From Ignisphaera sp. (GTDB lineage Archaea; Thermoproteota; Thermoprotei_A; Sulfolobales; Ignisphaeraceae), in contig JAWBDT010000003.1 in NCBI GenBank assembly GCA_038821645.1, forward strand, positions 1 through 41,923: a stretch of DNA of 41,923 nucleotides, in the 5' to 3' direction. Below are positions 30,771-40,460 of the stretch, one piece after another. The translations under genes and the position numbers were made by a program. The first letter of the stretch is position 1; each line of letters begins with the position of its first letter. The notes beneath the pieces were generated by a model that worked only from the letters and a program-made list of their open reading frames with translations, was not told the DNA's origin and made no database searches.

Positions 30771-32072
30771 CTATACTACATATATTATGGTGTAGAGAAG
30801 CCAGGCAATTAATATTGATACTGAATTGTATATAATGCTTATCTTTATGAATTCTGTGAATGTTACATTATGATTATTTTTCTCCAAGATTCTTACAGCT
30901 GCTGCATTTGCTGATGCACCTATATACGTTAAATTACCCCCTAGTGTGACACCTATTAAAGCTGCCCACATAAGGACAACAGGATCTTGGTTTAAGAGTG
31001 TTGAAGATGCTTTAACAACAGGTATCATTGTTAAGGTTATTGGAACATTGTCTATAACTGCTGAAAGAAATGAGCATAACCATATGATAAGTGATGTTAC
31101 TCTGAATAAATCCTTACCTAATCTATAGACAATATATTCACCAAATCTTTTGGCTATACCATGTTTTTCGAAAGCTCCTGAGAGTATAAAAATTGTGGCT
31201 AAGAATAGAAGTAATTTCCACTCGAAACCTTGTCTAAATGCCTTCTTAACGCTATCACTATCTCTATGGACAAACCTAACTATAGTTAAACCACCAACAG
31301 CTATAGCAGCAGAAAAACTTAGAGGAAGTGTTATAATGTTTCTCATACTCAATAACAATATCTTGGCTATTAGGAATAGTGTAGCCTCAATAACAAAAAC
31401 ATTATCTATAGATACATATTCTAACGTGTCTAACTTCTCGCTTAGACTACTTCTATTATTAATCTTTGTTTTCTTCGATACTATGTAGCTAGAGATAGCT
31501 ATAGCAGAAACCATCGATATTATTGTGAAGAAAAACATAGAGGGCTTTCCTCTATAGACTATAAAATCCGTAAACGATAATTTGAAAGCTCCAGCAGTAA
31601 TTAGTGCTGGTGGATCTCCAATCATTGTTGCTGATCCCGCTATATTTGAGGATAGAGCTACGAAGATCATGGGTATAGTAGGCTCTATCCCGAGCAACCT
31701 AGAGAGGGAGAAAACTATCGGATAGAATAGAAAAACTACAGACACATTCTCCATGAACACACTTACCATACCTGCCACAAGAGATACTGTAAATAGTGTA
31801 GCATATAGAGAATATCCAATATGCTTAACTATATAGTGTGCAAATATGTATGTAGCTCCGCTCTTCTCTAGATAGACAGTATATATGCTTACACCTAGTA
31901 TAAGTCCAAGAACATCCCAATCGATATAATTCAAAGCTTCAGAAACAGATAGAGCACCAGAAGCAATAAGAAATAGTGCTATACATAAACCAATCCAGTG
32001 TCTTTCTATTTTTCCCCAAACCAGAAAAGCCACAAGTACAGCTAGAGATAACAACACTAATTCTGCATACAT
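30771..32072 (-). CDS. ArsB/NhaD (SLC13/P-protein-like) ion transporter
   Basis: IDWDVLGL, SN..G.AT.IGDPP, SAVIDNVP, LGGNLT.IGASAN; many TM helices. Confidence 0.88.
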   Translation of the reverse strand: MYAELVLLSLAVLVAFLVWGKIERHWIGLCIALFLIASGALSVSEALNYIDWDVLGLILGVSIYTVYLEKSGATYIFAHYIVKHIGYSLYATLFTVSLVAGMVSVFMENVSVVFLFYPIVFSLSRLLGIEPTIPMIFVALSSNIAGSATMIGDPPALITAGAFKLSFTDFIVYRGKPSMFFFTIISMVSAIAISSYIVSKKTKINNRSSLSEKLDTLEYVSIDNVFVIEATLFLIAKILLLSMRNIITLPLSFSAAIAVGGLTIVRFVHRDSDSVKKAFRQGFEWKLLLFLATIFILSGAFEKHGIAKRFGEYIVYRLGKDLFRVTSLIIWLCSFLSAVIDNVPITLTMIPVVKASSTLLNQDPVVLMWAALIGVTLGGNLTYIGASANAAAVRILEKNNHNVTFTEFIKISIIYNSVSILIAWLLYTIIYVV

Positions 32073-32455
32073 TGTAAACTCGAGAATTAATTAATAAGAA
32101 AACATTATAAGCTTTACTAAACTGCATATTGTCTACTAATGCGTCTTAGCTAAGTTTCATTTTTAAACAAAATACCCTGGCTTTAATCCATATGCTTTAA
32201 TTCAACCAAATGAATACTTGAATCATGTTAACAAAGTCTTGGTAATAGAATTGAATAATTGACGTAAATATTGTGGATAAAGCTAGAGAGTAGATCGATA
32301 AGTGATTAGATGTTAGCGTTGTGTATCCGTATTCTAGGATACGAGTGATGTATCGATGTGTCTAGCTCGATGTGCTAAAGGCTCTCCTACTTTATCTATA
32401 TCTAAAGGTACAAAATACTATAGTAGTGTGCTATATGTATCTATGGTGAGAACCT

Positions 32456-32890
32456 ATGGTTATGAATATCGTGATAATTACAGCTGTTGCTGTATCAGCT
32501 CCTATAGCCTTCTATGTAGCTACTAAACGTGGTATTGTTCGACAACATATTGGATATGTTAAGAATAGACTAGGCATGTTTAGCATGGAAAAAAAGTGTA
32601 TAGATAAAGTAGAAGAGTTGCGTATAGAGTTAACAAATTTAAGAGAGTATGTGGAGAAGTATAAGGAGAAGATTGATATAGTAGAAAATCAGCTACATAG
32701 TTTAGAAGAAAGGATAGAATTTATAGACAAGAAACTGTCTTCTCTTGATACTGCTCAAGAGGAAGACGATATTGTGTTAAAGGTAATAGATCTTCGCAAA
32801 AAAGGTTATTCACTTAAAAGAATAGCTGAAGAACTCAATATATCGTTATCTAAAGTTAGAAAGATTCTGAAGGATAATGCTGTTGATTAA
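32456..32890 (+). CDS. Hypothetical protein: N-terminal TM helix, coiled coil, C-terminal HTH
   Basis: Hydrophobic N-terminus, heptads, LRKKGYSLKRIAEELNISLSKVRKIL; GGTGAG RBS. Confidence 0.75.
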   Translation: MVMNIVIITAVAVSAPIAFYVATKRGIVRQHIGYVKNRLGMFSMEKKCIDKVEELRIELTNLREYVEKYKEKIDIVENQLHSLEERIEFIDKKLSSLDTAQEEDDIVLKVIDLRKKGYSLKRIAEELNISLSKVRKILKDNAVD

Positions 32891-32975
32891 AACTTTTTAA
32901 TTAATTGTCTATCTATGAGTGGATCTTTCTATTGATATAATTTGTTGTAATTCACTCTACTTAACACGTTTCTCA

Positions 32976-33947
32976 TTACTTCACTATCTCTATATTTAAT
33001 GCCTTATCTCTGATAAAGTAGTAGGGAATAAAGAATCTACGGTTGTTTATAGAAATTGTGATACCTCCAAGTGAATATTCTATAACTTCTGTATATCCTT
33101 CAATGCTATTTAATCTAGTCTCCTCGTGAACTATATATGTTTTTGCTATGTTCTCGAAATACTTATCGCTAAACCTAATAACAGGTAAAGGTTTATCTTT
33201 GTTGACGATCTTTCTGGAAATAAGTAGAGGCTTTATTTGGCGGACAAACGTCAATACGAATTGTGTTAGGTGGGTCTCTAAATTATACATATTTACATTC
33301 TTTATCTGTTCAATTCTTTCAGATACTCTAACTCTATCCCTTATTTTACTACCAGCTAACATCTTCTCAATCTCTCTAGCTCTAGCCACATCTTCAACAA
33401 AAGCTACTGGTGTAGCATATACAAATATTTGTTCAAAAATCCTATTAAGGTTCTTCATAACATTAGCTATACCTACCTTGACATTAGATCCACCAAGAGA
33501 TAAAATATACACCATATGTGGAACTTGAGCCAAACCCACATCAGGTTTAGTGTTGCTTAATCCAAATACATAAGAAAGATACTTGCTATAGTCAGATCTT
33601 TTATGAAGTGAGCAAAAACCATTACTAACTCTAGCCATACAGAAAACATCCTTTCTATACAAATACATCAAATTCTCTAGAGGATCTTGAGTAAATGAAA
33701 CAACTATATCTCCAGAGCAAACTCTATACAGAGACATAGGGCGATATATCTTTATAAAGCTACCTGAGGTAATAGAATGAAGATTACCTTCCGTATCGTA
33801 CAACAGTAATCTCCATCTATAGGGATCTATAACTTCTACAACAACTTCCTGAACATCTTTACCAAAAAGAGCTAGTGGTAACTCATAGCTATACTTACGA
33901 ATATCTTCAATACGCATAGATACATCAATACTGTTTGCGAAATACAT
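32976..33947 (-). CDS. DUF2797-like protein
   Basis: CSG...C...C..H, PH.VY.......KVG, R..EQ, AR.IE motifs. Confidence 0.55.
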   Translation of the reverse strand: MYFANSIDVSMRIEDIRKYSYELPLALFGKDVQEVVVEVIDPYRWRLLLYDTEGNLHSITSGSFIKIYRPMSLYRVCSGDIVVSFTQDPLENLMYLYRKDVFCMARVSNGFCSLHKRSDYSKYLSYVFGLSNTKPDVGLAQVPHMVYILSLGGSNVKVGIANVMKNLNRIFEQIFVYATPVAFVEDVARAREIEKMLAGSKIRDRVRVSERIEQIKNVNMYNLETHLTQFVLTFVRQIKPLLISRKIVNKDKPLPVIRFSDKYFENIAKTYIVHEETRLNSIEGYTEVIEYSLGGITISINNRRFFIPYYFIRDKALNIEIVK

Positions 33948-34203
33948 AACACATCCTACACTTTTTATCTAGTTTCAGAATTAAAGAAACTTGAAAAACG
34001 AATTAGTATTGATGGAAAAGCTAAAACTTTTGTTGTAGCATATAATGATTGGTCATAGTGCATATGCTGCTGAAGTACCGAGGTGTAGTATGTAAGGAGG
34101 GCATCTAATAAAAATCATCTATATCTAGAGCATACGTTATATAGTGTCCACGTTCACGAATCATGTTAAGTGTGACAATAAATAGTCTTCATCGTTGTAA
34201 TTT

Positions 34204-34629
34204 CTATTTTTCATACATTTTCAATGCTTCTAAGACCTTCTTTATCTCTTCTAGAGATATACTTGCATATGCTTCACTACCTGCTTCCATAAGCTTATTA
34301 TTCCAGTAGATTCCTGGAGCAGAAATACTGAATCCTATGGGCTTCTCATACTCAATAGCCAGGTCTAAGAGTTTACTGATTACTTGATTGAATACATATT
34401 CATCTAGTTGTGTTCCTTTAACTATGGCGCCGATAACCACAACACCATCGATGTTATCTCTATTTCTTTCTAGAATCCTTTTAACTAGTATGGGTATTCC
34501 AAGGAGACTCGCCACCCTGTATATTCCGCTTATTTCGAATCCATAGTTTTTTGCGTTTTCTTCCACGAATTTGACCATGGAGTCAACAATAGTTCCAAGT
34601 TTTGTGGCTACAACGGCTATGCGTGGCAT
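34204..34629 (-). CDS. Divergent lumazine synthase (RibH) fold protein
   Basis: RIAVV, IP..VK, IDGVVVIGAIVKG, LDLAIEYEKPIGF.I.APG; several catalytic-site residues altered; GGTGA RBS. Confidence 0.75.
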   Translation of the reverse strand: MPRIAVVATKLGTIVDSMVKFVEENAKNYGFEISGIYRVASLLGIPILVKRILERNRDNIDGVVVIGAIVKGTQLDEYVFNQVISKLLDLAIEYEKPIGFSISAPGIYWNNKLMEAGSEAYASISLEEIKKVLEALKMYEK

Positions 34630-35019
34630 AGGTGGTCACCGGGATTAACAATACTATTGAACTAAATAAGTCTATTCTTTAAACATATACTAAAGTCTTA
34701 ATCAAATCTTGAAGAATCTCTCGATAATATAATGTTTTAACTATTTAAATAATTAATACCACGTCGATAGTGATTGTAGAAAGAGTATTTGCAGGAAGTA
34801 GCCAAATAGTTACAGCATCTAATGGATAAGGAACAAATAATAATGTAATCAATGTATGTAGTAGATTGTTTACTGACTTAATAACTTAATGAAATCTATG
34901 CATAACTATGTATGAAAAGGTTTATATATGAGAAGTATTGAGTAGTACAGAGACCTATAGGTTGTGTAAATATTACAAGAGGTTCATGACTTGTTGGACA
35001 TGTTGAGGATGAGAGGTAT

Positions 35020-35319
35020 ATGGTGTATACAGACAATCTGAGGGATCTTCTTAATGTAGCAGATAGGCTATGTAGTAGATTTAATGTACTTTGTGGTGAA
35101 CAAGACGAAGCTGTACTCAAGTTTGCTTTAACTTGGATCGAGAACTTTCTCTACATAGATCCAATAGAATGTGTTGCTGATATAGCTTGTGTGGAAAAGA
35201 TATTCGATATGCATTCCAGCATTGTTGCATATGCATATAGAGGTGAATACTTGATCAACATCTCAGAACATATGATAACGGTGACAGAAAAATTATTGAA
35301 ATTGAATGAAATTGGTTAG
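35020..35319 (+). CDS. Hypothetical protein
   Basis: 99 aa ORF with GAGAGGT directly upstream. Confidence 0.6.
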   Translation: MVYTDNLRDLLNVADRLCSRFNVLCGEQDEAVLKFALTWIENFLYIDPIECVADIACVEKIFDMHSSIVAYAYRGEYLINISEHMITVTEKLLKLNEIG

Positions 35320-35558
35320 CTATATGGATTCCTTACTTAAGGCTATGAATAGAAGAATGGAATGCATTACATAGATTGTTTAAAATGAACTATATAGAAT
35401 GATGTAGTCAGCTTTTAGTAAATCATAATTAGGAACGCTGTCGCCGATACATAGCGTCTCTAATGATTCTTATTAGAGTTCTAACATTTTATTAAAATAT
35501 CATGTAACTTGATAATACTTTTATATCAGTAACTAGTCAAACTAAATGGGCTCTGAAT

Positions 35559-36332
35559 ATGAGAGCTTGGATTTATATACTTATAGTAGCTGTTGTTGTA
35601 GTTTCAGTTGTGGCTATACATCTTGCATATAGTTACTTCCTTTCATTGTCACCAAAGCCCAAGGTTTTAAGAATAGGTACCTCACCTGATTTTCCACCTT
35701 TTGAGTATATTGATGAAAAAACAAACGAGGTCGTAGGTATAGATATAGATCTTATTAAGGCTATAGCTAATAGACTTGGATACAGTATAGAGATAGTGAG
35801 TATGGATTTTGATGGACTCATACCTGCTCTAGAACAAGGACATGTAGATATAGTTATATCTGGTATGACTATAACCGAGGAAAGAGAAAAAAGAGTCGAC
35901 TTCAGTATACCTTATTGGGAAGCTGATCAAGCAATAATAGTTTTTAGAGGTTCTTCCTATAGACCTCAATCCTTAGAAGATTTAGATAATTATGTTGTAG
36001 GAGTTCAAAGCGGTACTACAGCAGCAGAGCTTTTGGATAATCTCGTGAAGCAAGGCTATAGGATAGAGATAAAGAGATATACATCATACACATTAGCAGT
36101 ACAAGATCTCATTAATGGTAGAGTTGATGCAGTAGTAGTAGATTCTCCTGTAGCTAGAGCTCTTGAGAAAAGATACAGCGTAGAGATATCATGCGTAATA
36201 CCAACAAATGAGAGGTACGGTATAGCTGTAAGAGAAGGTAATAGAGAGCTTTTGGATCAGATAAATAAGGTATTGAATGATATTCTTAATAGTAATGAAT
36301 GGGATCAAATAATAGCTAAATACTTAGGCTAA
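35559..36332 (+). CDS. Polar amino acid ABC transporter substrate-binding protein
   Basis: N-terminal TM, GTSPDFPPFE, GMTITEER...DFS.PY, VQSGTT; TATA TTTTATAT at 35519-35526. Confidence 0.92.
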   Translation: MRAWIYILIVAVVVVSVVAIHLAYSYFLSLSPKPKVLRIGTSPDFPPFEYIDEKTNEVVGIDIDLIKAIANRLGYSIEIVSMDFDGLIPALEQGHVDIVISGMTITEEREKRVDFSIPYWEADQAIIVFRGSSYRPQSLEDLDNYVVGVQSGTTAAELLDNLVKQGYRIEIKRYTSYTLAVQDLINGRVDAVVVDSPVARALEKRYSVEISCVIPTNERYGIAVREGNRELLDQINKVLNDILNSNEWDQIIAKYLG

Positions 36333-36337
36333 CCAAA

Positions 36338-36991
36338 ATGAGTTTTGAGGAATTTTTTCAAACATTGTTATTAATTCTATTGAGAGGTTTTTTGAATACA
36401 TTTATACTTTCAGTTGGTGGATTTTCTTTAGGACTCTTTCTAGGAGCTTTAGCAGCTTTTGTACAAGTATTCATAGGTGGTGCATACAGTAAAGTTATAG
36501 ACTATGTTAATAGGATTATACGTAGTATTCCACCTATATTGATGCTCTTTATAGTTTTCTATGGTCTAAAACTGAATAATATAGCTTCAGCCATAATAGG
36601 TCTAGGCATTATAAGTTTTTCTTATCAATCCCAAATCTTTCGAGGTATAATAGAAGCTGTAGCAGCTAGACAACTAGAAGCTGCACTCTCTATAGGTCTA
36701 GATAGATGGAAAGCATTTAGATACACCATACTTCCTCAAGTGATAGTTTTATCTATTCCAGCGTTACTTAACGAATTTACTATTCTTCTGAAGGACTCTT
36801 CAATAGCTTACGCTATAGGTGTTGTAGAAATGTTTACTGTTTCCATCAATATCGCTAATGCTAGAATGGAATACGTTATACCTTTAGCTTCAGTAGCTAT
36901 TCTCTATTTAATAATATGTTATACGATATCATTTGTATCTAATTTAATTCATAAGAGGATCAGTTCTCTAGGCTATGGTGCCCCTCCATGA
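36338..36991 (+). CDS. Amino acid ABC transporter permease
   Basis: RSIP, EAALSIGL (EAA loop), LKDSS. Confidence 0.9.
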   Translation: MSFEEFFQTLLLILLRGFLNTFILSVGGFSLGLFLGALAAFVQVFIGGAYSKVIDYVNRIIRSIPPILMLFIVFYGLKLNNIASAIIGLGIISFSYQSQIFRGIIEAVAARQLEAALSIGLDRWKAFRYTILPQVIVLSIPALLNEFTILLKDSSIAYAIGVVEMFTVSINIANARMEYVIPLASVAILYLIICYTISFVSNLIHKRISSLGYGAPP

Positions 36992-37752
36992 ATATTTTAC
37001 TGAAGGCTATAAATATCCATAAGTATTTCGGTAAACAACACGTGCTTAAGGGTGTAGATCTAGAAGTAGAAGAAGGTAAAACAGTTGTTATTATAGGGCC
37101 TTCTGGATCAGGCAAATCAACACTTCTTAGATGTCTAAATCTTCTAATAAAACCTGATAAAGGTACAATATTATTTAATGGTATGGATATAACGAGAGGA
37201 GAAATAAATATACATAGAGTTAGACAAGAAATAGGTTTTGTTTTTCAAAGCTACAACCTTTTCACTCATCTAACCGCTATTGATAATGTTATGCTCGGAC
37301 TTGTAAAGGTTAAGAAAATGGATAAATCCATGGCTCGAAAAATCGCTGAAGAGGCTCTGATTTCTGTAGGTATAACAGAAGATCTTTGGAAGAAGTATCC
37401 AGCACAACTTTCTGGAGGACAACAACAAAGAGTTGCTATCGCACGAGCAATAGCTATGTCTCCTAAACTTCTTCTACTAGATGAACCTACGTCAGCTCTA
37501 GATCCGGAGCTAACGGTAGAAGTACTCAACGTTCTTGAGAAGTTATCGGAAAAGAAAATGACTATGATTATAGTTACTCATGAACTTGGATTCGCTATGA
37601 GAGTTGCAGATGAAGTTATATTTATGGAGGATGGAAGAATTGTCGAGAAAGGTCCTCCTGAAAGAATATTGTTGGCTCCAGAAAAAGAGAGAACAAAGAT
37701 TTTTGTTTCAAAACTTATGGAGCTCTACAGAATTGATAGGAGATACAAATGA
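36988..37752 (+). CDS. Amino acid ABC transporter ATP-binding protein (GlnQ-like)
   Basis: GPSGSGKST, LSGGQQQR, LLDEPTSALDPE, VTHE. Confidence 0.93.
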   Translation: MNILLKAINIHKYFGKQHVLKGVDLEVEEGKTVVIIGPSGSGKSTLLRCLNLLIKPDKGTILFNGMDITRGEINIHRVRQEIGFVFQSYNLFTHLTAIDNVMLGLVKVKKMDKSMARKIAEEALISVGITEDLWKKYPAQLSGGQQQRVAIARAIAMSPKLLLLDEPTSALDPELTVEVLNVLEKLSEKKMTMIIVTHELGFAMRVADEVIFMEDGRIVEKGPPERILLAPEKERTKIFVSKLMELYRIDRRYK

Positions 37753-38426
37753 TAAGTGAATTACTCGATATATTTTCTAAATACGGTATAGATTTAGTAT
37801 TAGCCTTTATATTGACTTTAGAATTAACATTTCTGTCATTCTCTATAGGCTTTGTAGGAGGTATAATTATAGCCGTTCTAAGAAGCTCTATAGCTAAACC
37901 ATTTAGATCCCTTTTAACATTATTTATCGAGATTGTTAGAGGTACTCCGATGATTGTACAGCTATTCTTTGTATACTATACGCTACCTGTTTTAGGAATT
38001 AAGTTGGATTCATTTACAGCTTCATTAATAGCATTAGGATTAAATTCTGCGGCATACCAATCAGAATATCTGCGAACGGCAATAAACTCTATACCTAGGG
38101 AACAGTGGGAAGCTGCATATTCGCTTGGATTGAGTTCTTTTAGTACAGTCATTAATGTAGTTATTCCTCAAGCTCTAAGAATAGCGATACCATCATTAAC
38201 AAATGAGCTGATATATCTTCTAAAGTTTAGTTCTATAGCTTATTTTGTGGCTCTACCAGAACTTATCTATACAGCTAAATGGATTGCATCAAAAACCTTC
38301 GCGTATATGCAGATCTATATAGTCATAGCATTGTTCTATATAGCTGTATCCATGATCTTAAGCGAAATCGTGACTAGAATAGAGAAAAAGGTATCTATAC
38401 CTGGATTAACAATAAAAGTGTCGTAA
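37749..38426 (+). CDS. Amino acid ABC transporter permease
   Basis: RGTP, AAY.SE, QWEAAYSLG, LK.SS. Confidence 0.9.
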   Translation: MISELLDIFSKYGIDLVLAFILTLELTFLSFSIGFVGGIIIAVLRSSIAKPFRSLLTLFIEIVRGTPMIVQLFFVYYTLPVLGIKLDSFTASLIALGLNSAAYQSEYLRTAINSIPREQWEAAYSLGLSSFSTVINVVIPQALRIAIPSLTNELIYLLKFSSIAYFVALPELIYTAKWIASKTFAYMQIYIVIALFYIAVSMILSEIVTRIEKKVSIPGLTIKVS

Positions 38427-38512
38427 GCTGAAAGTAGCTAATTTATAAAACTTTCTTTAAAATGTAATATATAGTTAACTGCGAATATGTGTTTCAGATG
38501 ACTAAAATACCC

Positions 38513-38743
38513 TTAGTATACCTTTCCCGTTACTGTGTCATAGCATATTATCTGGTTTAATTCGAAAACACATCTTATTGTACTGTTTCTATTTACTATG
38601 TGGGTTTCTTCATAGTTATCGTCTTGTTCGTATTTTTCTTGAAGTCTAGTAGCTGATTCAGTTGTTCTTCCGTATATATTGAAGACCCTTTTCAAACCAT
38701 CTATAGTGTGTTTCACAATTAGCTCTAACTTCATATCTCTCAC
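38513..38743 (-). CDS. Small hypothetical protein
   Basis: 76 aa ORF filling an otherwise empty gap; GGGTGA upstream of internal ATG 38734. Confidence 0.45.
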   Translation of the reverse strand: MRDMKLELIVKHTIDGLKRVFNIYGRTTESATRLQEKYEQDDNYEETHIVNRNSTIRCVFELNQIICYDTVTGKVY

Positions 38744-38749
38744 CCAAGT

Positions 38750-38822
38750 GAGTATAAGTGTATTAAACCTAATAGGTTTGTAGTTTTATCGAGTATAACT
38801 AGGTTATACTGAGTATACCTAG
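38750..38822. promoter_or_regulatory. Cluster of palindromes (candidate operator) in a divergent promoter region
   Basis: AAACCTA-A-TAGGTTT 38765-38779; AGTATAAC-TAG-GTTATACT 38792-38810; TATACT-G-AGTATA 38805-38817; TTTATAA at 38829-38835. Confidence 0.45.
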
Positions 38823-38875
38823 CTAAACTTTATAACAATTTATAGAATCAATTATATCGGTAATATACAGAGATA

Positions 38876-39715
38876 GTGATGTATATGTCTGTATGTATAG
38901 AAACTAGATCTCTGAGTGTCGAGAATACTGAAGGTCTCAAAATACTGGATGATGTATCTATAGATATATCTTGTGGAGATTTTGTTATAGTTTCAGGACC
39001 TAGTGGTGGTGGCAAATCTACTCTTCTAAAGATTTTTATAGGTATTGTTGAAGCTTTTAGAAACCTTAAGGTCTCTGGCTATGTTAGGGTTCTAGATGTA
39101 GATGTTCTTAAAGAAGGTTTCAGAAAGCTTTTGGGGAAAGTTGGTATTGTTTTTCAGAATCCTATTAACGAGATCTTTTCTTTAACTGTTGAAGAAGAGA
39201 TAGCTTTTCCTCTTGAGAATATGAACTTAGAGCCTATTGAGATTAGCAAAAGAATTGATAGAGCTTTACATATTGTTAATATAGAGAATCTCAGAAATAG
39301 ATTAGTTCACGAACTCTCTATGGGTCAAATCCAGCGTGTTGTCTTAGCTTCTGTAATAGCTATGGAGCCCCAGATACTGTTATTGGATGAGCCTTGCGCC
39401 TATATGGATCCAGGATCTAAACGTAGATTTTATGAGTATGTATATAGCTATTGGAGAAACAATAATGTGACAGTAATTGTTGTAGAACACGATCTAGACT
39501 ATGTGTTAGGCTATGCTACAAAACTTCTTATACTGAATAGAAGAGTTGTAGCTTATGGTAACCCTATAGATGTTTTAAACAGGGTTAGAGTTGAAGATTA
39601 CGGTATTAAAGAACCTATTTACATCAAAATGTGTAGAGGATTTGAAAAAAGCGCTAAAAGCGTTGAAGAAGCAATAGACTGTTTGAAGAAATTCATATGC
39701 CGGGATAGAAAATAG
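38876..39715 (+). CDS. ECF transporter ATPase (EcfA/CbiO-like)
   Basis: GPSGGGKST, FQNP, TVEEEIAF.LEN, LSMGQ.QR, LLDEP, VEHD. Confidence 0.88.
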   Translation: MMYMSVCIETRSLSVENTEGLKILDDVSIDISCGDFVIVSGPSGGGKSTLLKIFIGIVEAFRNLKVSGYVRVLDVDVLKEGFRKLLGKVGIVFQNPINEIFSLTVEEEIAFPLENMNLEPIEISKRIDRALHIVNIENLRNRLVHELSMGQIQRVVLASVIAMEPQILLLDEPCAYMDPGSKRRFYEYVYSYWRNNNVTVIVVEHDLDYVLGYATKLLILNRRVVAYGNPIDVLNRVRVEDYGIKEPIYIKMCRGFEKSAKSVEEAIDCLKKFICRDRK

Positions 39716-40460
39716 CTATAGCTATAGATATACATAACATTATGACAAGCACATCAAGCATCTTTATGGTTTCTGTGTACAGGTATGTTCTTTTGTTGGT
39801 ATATCCAAAGCCTTTAACCTCAAGAGAAATAGCGATTTCATCAACCCTCATTAATGTTGATATTGTTAGTGGTATAAATATAGCTAGATAGTTCCTCAAT
39901 TTCTTGATTAAGTTCTTTTCGAATATCAACCCCCTAATCTTCTGTATAGATACTATCTCTATGAGGTCTCCAGCTATAACTGATACAAATCTCAATGCAA
40001 GAATAAATCCATAGCTATACTTATAGGGAATACCTATTCTATTGAGAACTCTTGCTAATGACTGTGGTTTTGTAGAGACAAAAAGTATGTGGAAGGATAA
40101 CGCCATAGACATTACTCTAGCTATAGCAACACCAACATTTCTAGCCGTAGATAAAACCACATAGATAGGATTCCCAATAATTGTGTATATATGTACAAAA
40201 AATACCATAGGTGCTATAAATAAGAATACAGAAATCACCAAGGAGAAAGTATTTCTCCAATTAATCAGAAAAATAGATAGTAGAACAAGAACTGCTAATG
40301 TAGTTAAGACCAGCTCTGGTCTAGAGACTATAGCTATAGCTGTGGTAAATATTGTAAAAACAATCTTAGAGACTGGATGAAGCTCATAGACTTTTTTCTC
40401 ATTTGGACGATATAGAAACACTCGTGAAATATTCTTCAGATATAAACTTGTTAATGACAA
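39693..40460 (-). CDS. ECF transporter transmembrane T component (EcfT/CbiQ-like)
   Basis: LHP.SK, TKP..L, ALRF, Q.IRG, E.KGF; several TM helices. Confidence 0.88.
   Translation of the reverse strand: MSLTSLYLKNISRVFLYRPNEKKVYELHPVSKIVFTIFTTAIAIVSRPELVLTTLAVLVLLSIFLINWRNTFSLVISVFLFIAPMVFFVHIYTIIGNPIYVVLSTARNVGVAIARVMSMALSFHILFVSTKPQSLARVLNRIGIPYKYSYGFILALRFVSVIAGDLIEIVSIQKIRGLIFEKNLIKKLRNYLAIFIPLTISTLMRVDEIAISLEVKGFGYTNKRTYLYTETIKMLDVLVIMLCISIAIAIFYPGI

Noticed and set aside
34140-34192. Minus-strand ATGAAGA...ATGATTC with C/C'-like spacing
   Set aside because: No CTGA or NNGA D boxes at the expected positions
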